DNA of 64,000 bases from Escherichia coli. GTDB taxonomy: Bacteria > Pseudomonadota > Gammaproteobacteria > Enterobacterales > Enterobacteriaceae. The notes beneath the pieces were generated by a model. That model was not told where the DNA came from and ran no database searches. It worked only from the letters and a program-made list of their open reading frames with translations. The translations under genes were made by a program, and so were the position numbers. Shown here piece after piece: positions 9,508-18,675 of the stretch. Where the stretch lies: the NCBI RefSeq assembly GCF_024502345.1, contig NZ_JALDNN010000001.1, one strand, 5' to 3'. Every line of letters begins with the position of its first letter. Position 1 is the stretch's first letter.

Positions 9508-9944
9508 GCCGTCACTTCCTCTATCCGGTTGGTATCAGCACGCACATCACTGTGCTCGCCCGTCCGGCAGGTGAGGCAGTAGCGCTCACCGTGGTAATCA
9601 CTGCCGCAGCCGTGACAGTGCCAGTCTGCGTAGAAAACCAGGGGACGGGCTTCCGGTACATAAGACTGCAGTTGCCGGATATGGCGGGTCTCCCTCACCC
9701 CGGGCTTTACATACGGGCAGTGCTGTCGACCGTTCTCCGAAAGCTTTGCTGCATGATGTTCAAACCACGGACGTTCGGTGTCGTATTCAGGATGGTACTG
9801 CAGGGCACTGGCACACAGATGGCAGCTGTAGCGGTCATACGGCGCGGTCTGCGCGGTTATGGCTCCCGTGAGACGGCCGTTGCCGTCCAGAGCCATAAAC
9901 GATTTTGCATACATAGTGGTACTCTCCTTACCGCCAGACGACAC
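9495..9944 (-). CDS. cysteine-rich protein, paralog of 9091..9507 (putative zinc-binding)
   Basis: RPWFEH, WHCHGCGSDYHGERYCLTCRTG; overlaps the downstream paralog by 13 nt. Confidence 0.5.
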   Translation of the reverse strand: MSSGGKESTTMYAKSFMALDGNGRLTGAITAQTAPYDRYSCHLCASALQYHPEYDTERPWFEHHAAKLSENGRQHCPYVKPGVRETRHIRQLQSYVPEARPLVFYADWHCHGCGSDYHGERYCLTCRTGEHSDVRADTNRIEEVTACAC

Positions 9945-10054
9945 GCAGGCGTCAGCCGTCCCGGTACGGGCAGCGTGGCAGGGTGAATGGCGGTTCAGTT
10001 ATGCGTTAGCGGGTCGGTACGGTTGGTGGTCGGCACCGGAATACAGAAAGGTTA

Positions 10055-10186
10055 CGGTTGTGCAGGTGCGTCGGTGGGTCTGAAACAAACGGGACAGGGT
10101 CTGGCGCCACAGTACTGTCGCCGGCAACGGGGACACGTCCAGCGAACCGGGATGGCCTGTGGCTGAGTGCGGCGTCGTTTTTCCAT
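10055..10186 (-). CDS. small zinc-ribbon protein (43 aa) just downstream of alpA
   Basis: Not in track. MEKRRRTQPQAIPVRWTCPRCRRQYCGARPCPVCF… ; a second copy sits at 30804..30917 with the same C-x2-C-R-R-x-Y-C-G-x2-P-C-P-x-C pattern. Confidence 0.4.
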
Positions 10187-10203
10187 TCAGATATCCTCCC
10201 TGC

Positions 10204-10443
10204 TCAGACGCCACGGGAATCAGCAATACGCTGCTGCATCCAGGCTTCCACCTCGCTTCTGCGCCAGCGGGAGCTGCGCCCCAGCTTGATGGGTTTCGGA
10301 AACAACCCGTCGCCAATCAGTTTGTAAAACCATTTGTCGGTCATCCCGGTAAACGTGGTGATAAAGGTCATGTCGATAAGCGGGTCCTGAGCTGAAAGCA
10401 GTGTGTCAGGGCTGGCATTAATATTCGTATTCAACGTGGTCAT
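10204..10443 (-). CDS. alpA: AlpA-family phage regulatory protein (HTH)
   Basis: …DPLIDMTFITTFTGMTDKWFYKLIGDGLFPKPIKLGRSSRWRRSEVEAWMQ… is the canonical AlpA sequence signature. Confidence 0.85.
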   Translation of the reverse strand: MTTLNTNINASPDTLLSAQDPLIDMTFITTFTGMTDKWFYKLIGDGLFPKPIKLGRSSRWRRSEVEAWMQQRIADSRGV

Positions 10444-10595
10444 GGTATTTTTCTCCCTCTGAGGATATGGCTATCGGGAGACGTCCGGTGGTGGTTGAAT
10501 CATGGGGTTACCGGTTCTCCTCAGAGGATAGGGGAACGTTGTAAAAAATTACCCGGCCCGCACAATCAGGCCTGATGAATCGAGATATGTCTGGC

Positions 10596-11201
10596 TCAGC
10601 CACGGCTGCAACCGAAGTTACGCTCACCGTCACCGGTGATTTTGGTCTCCAGCTTGGCTAAATAGGCCGCCTGCGACAGGGCCTGTTGCAGTTGAGCACC
10701 ATCGCCACGTGTCAACCATGAGACTGGACTCGCCGGGAAACGAGCCAGAACGGCATGCGCCTGTGCATCCACCTTCAGGGCGCTGCACCACGCTTGTTTA
10801 ATCATACCTGCAAGCGAATCCGGGTCTTTGTAATCTCCCGGTCCGCACCACGTATCGCGGTTCAGCAACAGCACCGCGTGGTAATGCTTCTTCCCTTTGA
10901 TTTCACCAAACTCCCGCGCCCAGATAAAACGCAGCGTGGTCGGCCAGACGCGTTTGCCCTCGCGACGTTGACGCGTCTGAAGGGCATCAATCCGGGCTTT
11001 CAGGGAATCGGTGAAGCGGGAGATAACAGCAGCATCGGTGGCCGCTGGCGTATCCGGCAGACGGAGGTCAACACGCAGGGCCAGTAAGCGGGTGTAAGCG
11101 TTAAGAGCGCAACTGAAGGTATCAGCGATGCGTTGCTGCCAGTAAGGGTCGTATGTGTAACTCATTAAAATGGACTCCGGTGGGTTATCGTTCATAACCA
11201 T
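10596..11201 (-). CDS. YagK/YfjJ-family (inovirus Gp2-like) protein
   Basis: …KRVWPTTLRFIWAREFGEIKGKKHYHAVLLLNRDTW… shared with the 38217..38948 paralog; true start may be the internal Met (MSYTYDPYWQ). Confidence 0.7.
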   Translation of the reverse strand: MVMNDNPPESILMSYTYDPYWQQRIADTFSCALNAYTRLLALRVDLRLPDTPAATDAAVISRFTDSLKARIDALQTRQRREGKRVWPTTLRFIWAREFGEIKGKKHYHAVLLLNRDTWCGPGDYKDPDSLAGMIKQAWCSALKVDAQAHAVLARFPASPVSWLTRGDGAQLQQALSQAAYLAKLETKITGDGERNFGCSRG

Positions 11202-11336
11202 TACCGGTGCTGTTAAAAAAAACTTATTGCCTTCAGCGAGTCCGCCAGTCGATCCCTCAGAGACGGCTGGCTTCAGTAAAATATCGTGGCTGGCAGAATG
11301 ATTGCGTAAAGGGTAATCGCCTCTCAGAAATCGGTT

Positions 11337-11762
11337 CTAATGCCGGGTGACCCGAAGGCTGCGAAAAAACAGTCTTCCCGTTAGACGATGGCGGGTACGC
11401 TTGACATAAGCGGCGTCAACGAGTTCATCGGGTGGCAAATCACGGGTGATATTACAAATCGTCGCCAGTGCTGTATCGGAGAGTTTAAAACTCCGTGACA
11501 AGGCGTAGTAATCCCCGGTTTTTTGGTTACTGATGTTATCGAATAACGCTCTGAAGAAATCCGTCTGTGAAGGTCTGCGGGCGTTGATAATTGCCTCTGT
11601 CGCTTCATCCCTGAATGTTACCTCCACCTCTTCCATCCCCAGTGAGCGAATGATCCCGGCAATGTCAGGCCAGTAGCGAAGATCGAAACTGTTAAGTCGC
11701 TGCAATTCTGGCTTACAGAAGCAGCTGAAGATTGCGATGCCCTTGTATTGACCTGGACCCAA
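11337..11762 (-). CDS. hypothetical protein (141 aa), possibly a gene fragment
   Basis: ORF in track; no confident family assignment. Confidence 0.3.
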   Translation of the reverse strand: MGPGQYKGIAIFSCFCKPELQRLNSFDLRYWPDIAGIIRSLGMEEVEVTFRDEATEAIINARRPSQTDFFRALFDNISNQKTGDYYALSRSFKLSDTALATICNITRDLPPDELVDAAYVKRTRHRLTGRLFFRSLRVTRH

Positions 11763-13311
11763 AATAGGTTGTGGTTACCCTGAAAAGCAAATATTACCCC
11801 AGAGGGATGTATATACCCGGGGCAAGAGCCCCTGTACCAGTCCCTCATTGCTGTCATGATATTATTACCCCGTTCAATAAGCCCGATAAATAATCGTTAT
11901 CGGGACTACTGCTAAAACGCCCTGTAACGCATCAGGAGCGCCATATTCATACTAACCACAGATTTCCACTATCGTGTTATTCAATGCGCTTATGCAGGCT
12001 CACAGGAAGCTATGGCGGTATAAGACACTACAGCGCTCAATTACTTATTAAATAGCTTGCGGTGATTACCAGGATAATCACCCTATTCCACGTCACCTCA
12101 ATCGGGTTATTCTGTTTACGATACAATCATGACTATTATCACCAACACGGATAATGCCCCGTTTACAGTCGTTACCAATGGCCTTGTTTACACATATCAA
12201 AAAACTTTCAGGGATAACGGGTCACCGTAGTATCTGTAACTGACAGGTATTGTAAGCGTCAATATCAGGCAGACAGAGCAATACCGACAGGCTTACTACA
12301 GGTTAGTTCACTGACTGAGCATTTAACGCTCATCACTAATACGCAGACCAGTAATAAACCATTGATACTCACCTGCTGATTTTCAGGCATGACCATTCAC
12401 CCAAAACGTTACTGTTAACCAGTAACCACCCTGTCGTTATGATTATTAGATTACTGATGTTAATCATCTTCACTTTTATCCTGACGAGGACTAGTCAATG
12501 GTAATATCGACTCAATTCAATTCTGTTTTCTTAATGATAGATTTTTAATGAGTGCTAAACATTCAGGTTGTGACTACATTGAATGGTGTATTTCTTACCT
12601 GATGGCAATGATTGCTCAATGGATACCATCCAATAGTACTATCCCCTTAGTGAATACCTTCAGATAATAATACCTCCCAGGCATAACCCACTTACTGATA
12701 ACACATCATCGATTACTGTTACAAATGATAAGACCCCTTCTTTAATATATTAATACCAATCCAACACGCCAGGCATAACAATAGCTATGAAGATAACCAC
12801 GCCAGACAGCACTTACCTACAACAAACGCCTGCATCAGTTACTCTGGAATTATCTTTTTTCAATAACATGAAAATAGACACCACGTCATATCAAATAACC
12901 TCAATCAAATTAACCCCGTATCATCACTGCCCGCAGAAGCCCTCAATCCTGATTATGAGCAACAAAATGGAAATACCTCATGGCAGCCCGACCTGATACC
13001 AGAAATGCCCCCTGAAGCGAACCAGGCACCATGATGGGGATGAAAACGAAAGCATGCAGGAGAACAAGATAACCTATTGAGACGATACTCATCCAGTAAA
13101 CAGAGAAGCATCTGAGAGATAAACAAAGAAAATGACAACTTTAAAACCATGGTAAAACCTTGTCAAAACCAGTATAAATCAACAATAAAACCTCACGATG
13201 ACTACCAGATGTGTTTTTAAGTGACGATAAAACCATCATCGTGATACTGTGTAGCTACAACAATCACCACCATAACCACTACTATGTAGTTTACGATTAC
13301 AGGTATCCACA

Positions 13312-14280
13312 ATGGTTGTACATTACGACAATGGCAGACAACATCTTATAAAAACCCGTGACCTGAGAGTCTGTGCTTTTTATGCCGGGTGGCTGGGTGT
13401 TAATAAAATAATTAACACCCGTGACATTCCTCACCAGGATGCAGAAAGTTGTCGACAGGCACTCAACAAACTGATTAATCAGTTCATACCGAATGCAGAA
13501 CAGCGGGCAAGACTTTTTTCTGATATGGAAACAGCCCGTGATGAAAACATCCTTCCGCTGGAAAGTTTTGACTGGCTAGAACAGGATGAACGGGCAACAT
13601 TCTGGTTATGGGCGTATATTTGCAAGGCCGGAGACTACGAACTTGGTATTGACAAACCAGCAAATGCAGAGTTCGGAAAGAACTGGTATCAGCGAATGAA
13701 TCTGAGTGTATCTCCGACAAGCCACCAGGAAAGAATTAATATTATCATCTCTTTTTTCGACAACATTATTATTCCGACCCCACCGGTAAATCATCTCAAG
13801 CGCCAGGTCATGGACAGGCTGAAAGACCAGTGGAAAAATATTTACAGCAAACCAGCTCCGCTGAAATGGTTACCTAATGAAGAAGACGCGGTACTGTGGG
13901 CATGGAACAGCCTCAAATCGCTTCAGGAAGAAAGAAATGCGCCCACTATCGGGCTCTCATTAAATATTTCAACGCCAGGAATGAGTACCTGGTTTACCCC
14001 CCTGAGTCATTCTGAACGCAATTTAGCCCTGCGCACGGCGATCGACTTATGGGACGATGCACCGGATACAAAGCGTTTATTCCTTCTGAACCTGAATAAA
14101 GCCTGGAACCAGCAAAAATTACGTCAGTCCCGTACCGATAAAAAAGCACTCAATACGTACCTGAAGAACGAAACAAAAACTCGACTGGACTTTATGGCAG
14201 AACGTAGCGGAGTTCGCATCAGTGATATGCTGGAAATGCTGATTAATGACCATTACCGAAAAACCTGTGGTGGTGAGTGA
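13312..14280 (+). CDS. hypothetical protein (322 aa), paralog of 40616..41503; follows a 1.4-kb G-poor non-coding region
   Basis: Shared FW.W block and similar length with the 40616 ORF; both divergent from a YagK-like gene. Confidence 0.55.
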   Translation: MVVHYDNGRQHLIKTRDLRVCAFYAGWLGVNKIINTRDIPHQDAESCRQALNKLINQFIPNAEQRARLFSDMETARDENILPLESFDWLEQDERATFWLWAYICKAGDYELGIDKPANAEFGKNWYQRMNLSVSPTSHQERINIIISFFDNIIIPTPPVNHLKRQVMDRLKDQWKNIYSKPAPLKWLPNEEDAVLWAWNSLKSLQEERNAPTIGLSLNISTPGMSTWFTPLSHSERNLALRTAIDLWDDAPDTKRLFLLNLNKAWNQQKLRQSRTDKKALNTYLKNETKTRLDFMAERSGVRISDMLEMLINDHYRKTCGGE

Positions 14281-14371
14281 GGGCTTTGCGCTAAAAACAA
14301 GGTGAGCGGAGGCAGTAATACAGACCAGAAATGACATTCAAAATAATTTCAGACCTATATTACCGGTGTGA

Positions 14372-14404
14372 GAACGGCAGCAGAAGTGCTGCCGTTTTGT
14401 TATT
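14372..14404 (+). terminator. putative rho-independent terminator
   Basis: Stem AACGGCAGC / GCTGCCGTT followed by TTGTTATTT. Confidence 0.5.
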
Positions 14405-14629
14405 TCACTCACGGAGGTTAATGTGTCCAGTAAGAACAAACGGGGTCCCGATACCCTGTTACCGTCGTTATTCCTTCTCCCGGGTCAACTGTCCCACAAA
14501 ATACCCGTGCGTATGCTTCTCGCGCTAAGTCACAGCTATGCTTTCTGTTCCGGTACCCAGGTCTCTCTGATACACGGTCCGCCAGCTCATGAAGGCGGCT
14601 ATTTATTGCCAGTAATAAGGGAGAAAGAA

Positions 14630-14926
14630 ATGCATTGTCCGAATTGCGGTTCGCAAAACATACGACTGCGCCATGTGGGTAAAAAGACGGGTGGGGTCAT
14701 TGGCGCAACAGCCGGAGGCATTGCCGGGCTTGAAGGAGCCTCCACCGGTGCGCTGATAGGTTCAGTCATTCCGGTTGTCGGTACGATAGCCGGAGGCCTC
14801 ATTGGTTTTCTGTCCGGCGCCTGTGCTGGTGCGGTGGCAGGCTCTCTGGCCGGAGAACAACTGGACGGTACCGTCTTTGATGAATACGGCTGCACGCAGT
14901 GCGAGCATATCTTCAGTGCACCGTAA
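14630..14926 (+). CDS. small zinc-ribbon / glycine-zipper membrane protein (98 aa)
   Basis: MHCPNCGSQNIRL… then Gly-rich TM segment (GGIAGLEGASTGALIGSVIPVVGTIAGGLIGFLSGACAGAVAG) and CTQCEH; start chosen at the internal Met with RBS GGGAGAAAG. Confidence 0.5.
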   Translation: MHCPNCGSQNIRLRHVGKKTGGVIGATAGGIAGLEGASTGALIGSVIPVVGTIAGGLIGFLSGACAGAVAGSLAGEQLDGTVFDEYGCTQCEHIFSAP

Positions 14927-15187
14927 CGTTAATAAGGGTCAGCCCATCCTGCACAAAGCCTGAGCCGCTGACCGTACTCGCTACGGCACGACTGATGACA
15001 GGGCGTGTCAGCATGCTGTCGTCATTTCAGCTACCTGGCACTAACCCTTTGTTAATTCTCCTGTTTACTGAAAGATGAATTTTACTTTTTCTTTTCCGCC
15101 ATTACGGGGGATGGACATAACGTGTCCCTCCCCGCCCGCATAATAACCGCATGAAATATCAACCTATTTATCGCACACGGAGCGTCC

Positions 15188-15916
15188 ATGCAACGACCCG
15201 ATGAAGAGGCCCGCTACGACCGGCTGGCCGTCAGATTGTCGGTCATTATCAGCCGGTTAATGGCCGGAGAAACGCTGACCCTTCAGACACTGTCCGGTGA
15301 GTTTGGTGTATCGATACGCACCCTGCGTCGTGACTTACATCAACGGCTGGTCCACCTCGACATTATCGGGGAGAACGGCACGTATCGGCTCAGTGAGAGC
15401 GCCACGCGTGATCACTCTCCGGGGGCCGTTTCCTTTGCCCGCAGTACCGGTATCGCACGCATTATCCCGTCGCAGAACCGGCAACTGATGCACCTGCTGA
15501 TGAATGAAACGGGCACCTCACCCTGCTTTATCTGGCACGACTTACCGCCAGCATGGACACAGGCTGACAGTTTTCATCGTCTGGCCGAAGCCATTTGTCA
15601 TCACCGGGTGGTCAGTCTGCTGGTCGGCGGTGTCCGTCACGATGAGCAGGAGCCTTACCGCCTGATTTACCGGCATCAGCACTGGTATCTGGTCGTCTGT
15701 TGCCGGGGGAGCCTTCGGGTGTTCCGGCTGGAAGACATTATCTCGGCCTCACTCTCAGAGCAAACCTTCCGTCGCCGGAGCGAAATCAGTTCGCTCATTA
15801 CTGAAGAGGGATTTATCAGCGCACTGCCCCACTTTCGCTTTATCAGTGATGTCATTCACACCTTCAGGGAACAACACCCTGAACATCCATCCAGACCCAA
15901 AGGAGTCAAATCGTGA
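15188..15916 (+). CDS. WYL-domain transcriptional regulator (YfjR-like)
   Basis: N-terminal HTH (GEFGVSIRTLRRDL) and W-Y-L signature (YRHQHWYLVVCCRGSLRVFRLEDI). Confidence 0.7.
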   Translation: MQRPDEEARYDRLAVRLSVIISRLMAGETLTLQTLSGEFGVSIRTLRRDLHQRLVHLDIIGENGTYRLSESATRDHSPGAVSFARSTGIARIIPSQNRQLMHLLMNETGTSPCFIWHDLPPAWTQADSFHRLAEAICHHRVVSLLVGGVRHDEQEPYRLIYRHQHWYLVVCCRGSLRVFRLEDIISASLSEQTFRRRSEISSLITEEGFISALPHFRFISDVIHTFREQHPEHPSRPKGVKS

Positions 15917-16179
15917 AACCTGTCGAAGGCCCTCTGCTGCTCTTCACCCTGATGTTGTCTGCCGTAACCCTGAGCGGCTGTGGCGACAAAAATGAACGCG
16001 AGTTTATCCGGGGATGCAAATCAGGCGGCGGTACTACCGCCGTCTGCGGATGTATCCGGGATGACCTCAAAACGAAATATACGCACGGGGAGCTGGAGAA
16101 AATGAACCAGCAATACGGTTATGTCCCCCCGCGCTTCATGGACAACATGCTGAGCGCTGCTCAGCAGTGCAGAAAATAA
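15913..16179 (+). CDS. putative lipoprotein (88 aa)
   Basis: Signal peptide with lipobox LSGC (…LMLSAVTLSGCGDK…). Confidence 0.6.
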   Translation: MKPVEGPLLLFTLMLSAVTLSGCGDKNEREFIRGCKSGGGTTAVCGCIRDDLKTKYTHGELEKMNQQYGYVPPRFMDNMLSAAQQCRK

Positions 16180-16191
16180 GGAAATCTGAAC

Positions 16192-16503
16192 ATGGCGCTT
16201 GTCATTAAATATTTCGCGATTGCCTTCGCCATCGCGCTTGTGGTCGTGCTGTTTAACGTGTTCGGGAGTACCGGCGAGATACGCAGTTTTGGTCAGGGAA
16301 TGGAATATCTGTTCTGGATGACGCTTGGGCCCGGAGCCGGTATGACGGTCGGTGCTGCTCTTCGACAATGGCTGATGCCGGATGCGGTATACACCCGCGA
16401 AGGAATGACCGGATTACTCAAGGCCCGTCTGTTCTGGCTTGTGGGCCCACAGTATATCGGCTGGCTGGCCGGACTTATCGTCGTGGGTAAACAACTCATG
16501 TAA
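16192..16503 (+). CDS. small inner-membrane protein
   Basis: Two or three hydrophobic helices; operon-like spacing. Confidence 0.5.
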   Translation: MALVIKYFAIAFAIALVVVLFNVFGSTGEIRSFGQGMEYLFWMTLGPGAGMTVGAALRQWLMPDAVYTREGMTGLLKARLFWLVGPQYIGWLAGLIVVGKQLM

Positions 16504-16549
16504 CACGGCTGCCCCCCAACAACATTTTTGACTGAGAAGGAAAAATACC

Positions 16550-17020
16550 ATGCGATTCATGCACGCCATCCTGTCAGCAGGATTACTGACCTTTGCCATC
16601 ACGGCACAGGCGGTCCCCAATATGTGGAGCAGTGGCTTCGGTATGGGCGTCACCGAGTACATCATCACCAGCCCGGAAAACGTGATGATGAACCTGAACT
16701 GCACCGGCAACCCTGACGACCAGAATATCCTGCAGCATCACGTCATGCTCACCCTGCCTGACGGCAGCGGTGCCGATTCACAGGATGAGAAAACCGCCAT
16801 CACCGTCGTCACGGATGACCAGACGTTCCCCCTGCCGTCCTCTCTGGGCTGGCGTAACGGCGACAACGCCTGGCTGTCGTTCATTGATGCCATCAGAAAA
16901 GCAACGTCGTTTGAGATTTACGTCAACGACAAACAGGTGGGGCACTTTACCCCTTCGGCTGGAAACGTTCACAAGGTTCTGGCTGATATGCCCGAATGCA
17001 CGACACTGACCGCCGGGTAA
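16550..17020 (+). CDS. secreted hypothetical protein
   Basis: N-terminal signal peptide (MRFMHAILSAGLLTFAITAQA). Confidence 0.55.
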   Translation: MRFMHAILSAGLLTFAITAQAVPNMWSSGFGMGVTEYIITSPENVMMNLNCTGNPDDQNILQHHVMLTLPDGSGADSQDEKTAITVVTDDQTFPLPSSLGWRNGDNAWLSFIDAIRKATSFEIYVNDKQVGHFTPSAGNVHKVLADMPECTTLTAG

Positions 17021-17068
17021 CCCGGCGCATCCCCGGTTTACAGCAAAATCAATCAAGGACAATACGAT

Positions 17069-17581
17069 ATGACCGACATTTCGACACTCAGCCAGCGACT
17101 GACGACGCCAACCCTGCATTTTGTTCTACTCACCGTCGCCACCTGCGGCATCTGGCCGTTACTGTGGCTGTACCGAAAACAGCAGATTATCAGCGACACC
17201 ACCGGATATCCGGTTTGCGGCAATCTGTTTATCATCTGGCTCGCCGTCTGTTTTGGGCTCGGACGACAGTTCGGCGTGATGGCCTCACCGGACCTGGCGG
17301 GCTACTACACGGGCAGCGATACACTGTTGGCCTTAAGCGGCATTCTGTCGCTCACCTGCGGCGTGATGTACATCGTCTGGGCCTTTAAGGCCAGAGCAGC
17401 ACTGCGACACTATGCGCTGAACACCTTCCGGTTTGACCTGAAGATGAATGCGTTTTATACCGTGGTGCTCAACGTCTTCTACATTACATACTGCATCAAC
17501 GATATGCCGCAGGCACTGGCGAAGCACCGCATTATTCATGGTCAGGCCCCTGTGCCGCCGGAGTCTCCGTCACCGCAGTAA
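17069..17581 (+). CDS. inner-membrane hypothetical protein
   Basis: Multiple TM helices. Confidence 0.55.
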   Translation: MTDISTLSQRLTTPTLHFVLLTVATCGIWPLLWLYRKQQIISDTTGYPVCGNLFIIWLAVCFGLGRQFGVMASPDLAGYYTGSDTLLALSGILSLTCGVMYIVWAFKARAALRHYALNTFRFDLKMNAFYTVVLNVFYITYCINDMPQALAKHRIIHGQAPVPPESPSPQ

Positions 17582-17663
17582 CGCAGCTCTCCTCTTATTA
17601 TCCGGCCGGGGCATTCCTGTGTGCCCCAGATTCATCCGGATCCCCCCTCTGAGATTTGACCCA

Positions 17664-17885
17664 ATGACATTACTGAAAATCGTGCTCAACACCCTGCGTC
17701 AGGTGCTGACGTGGTGCGCCAGCAGCCGGGCGCAGCAGTTTGTGGAAGACCACTTCCGCGAAGAAGGCTATGACGAAGACAGTATTTACATCGCCAGACA
17801 GGCGGCAACCCTGCTCGCAGGTGCCTTAATCACAGCGCTCATGGAACAGATACTGCAGCTTATTGCCACACACTTAACCCACTGA
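17664..17885 (+). CDS. hypothetical protein (73 aa)
   Basis: Start taken at the Met that does not overlap the upstream gene (track ORF 17448..17885 is a longer alternative). Confidence 0.4.
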   Translation: MTLLKIVLNTLRQVLTWCASSRAQQFVEDHFREEGYDEDSIYIARQAATLLAGALITALMEQILQLIATHLTH

Positions 17886-17940
17886 TGCCCTGCTCACTGA
17901 GCGGGGCATTTTGTTTTATGCCATTCATCAGGAACTGAAT

Positions 17941-18174
17941 ATGCAAGTCACTGACGATACGTCGTTACCGCCAGGGCAATTCACCCGCCGACAGGCTGAA
18001 GCCGTGGTCACGCTTTACCACAACGTCACTATAGAAGATGACCAGGGTACGCACTTTCGGCTGGTTATTCGCGACAGCGAGGGGACGTTAATCTGGCGGG
18101 CCTGGAATTTTGAAGCCAGTGCCGGGGAATGGCTTAACCGCTATCTGCTCAGCCACGGGATCCCCAAACACTGA
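17941..18174 (+). CDS. DUF905-family protein (YkfF-like)
   Basis: …[38 protein letters not shown]… ; paralog of 44225..44458. Confidence 0.75.
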   Translation: MQVTDDTSLPPGQFTRRQAEAVVTLYHNVTIEDDQGTHFRLVIRDSEGTLIWRAWNFEASAGEWLNRYLLSHGIPKH

Positions 18175-18206
18175 CACACCACAGCTTAACCCAATAGCGA
18201 CCACAC

Positions 18207-18247
18207 AAAAAAGCCATGCTCCCACAGGAGCATGGCTGTTTTGTTTA
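18207..18247 (+). terminator. putative rho-independent terminator
   Basis: Stem AAGCCATGCTCC / GGAGCATGGCT followed by GTTTTGTTT. Confidence 0.55.
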
Positions 18248-18277
18248 TGCCGTTAAATCAACAATAAGGAATTTACC

Positions 18278-18673
18278 ATGAGACTAGCCAGCCGCTTTGG
18301 ACGGACAAACCAGATCCGTCGCGATCGTCCGTTAACCCGCGAAGAACTGATGCAGGTCGTTCCCAGCGTATTCAGTGCAGATCGCCACGGTTCCAGGAGC
18401 GAAAAATACGCTTACATACCCACCATTACTCTGCTCGAAAATCTTCAACGCGAAGGCTTTGAACCCTTCTTCGCCTGCCAGTCACGCGTACGCGACCCTG
18501 ACCGCCGGGAGCACACCAAACATCTGCTGCGCCATCTTTGTAGACCGGAGAATGATGTTTGGATGAAAGCGAGTTTTGGTACCCTCATCATTGAGGGTAC
18601 CAACAGCAAAATACTCGGCGAATGCTATTGTCTAAGCACAGCGCCAAGCCTTAGCGGCACGAATAGTTGTTAA
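18278..18673 (+). pseudogene. DUF932-family (YafZ-like) gene, 3'-truncated after about 86 codons
   Basis: First 86 aa colinear with the intact paralog at 44557..45375; similarity ends near 18537, where unrelated sequence and the RM cassette begin. Confidence 0.75.
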
Positions 18674-18675
18674 CC

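Noticed and set aside
9999-10316. 105-aa ORF overlapping alpA (and its twin at 30646..31026)
   Set aside because: Both are alternative-frame shadows of the two alpA paralogs, similar to each other only because the alpA genes are similar; the AlpA frame has the recognisable family signature.
14423-14629. N-terminal 69 codons of track ORF 14423..14926
   Set aside because: The extension runs through a terminator-proximal region with no RBS; the internal Met at 14630 has a good RBS and starts the zinc-ribbon domain.
17448-17663. Longer 145-aa version of the 17664..17885 gene
   Set aside because: It overlaps the upstream membrane-protein gene by more than 130 nt in another frame; the shorter start is more plausible.
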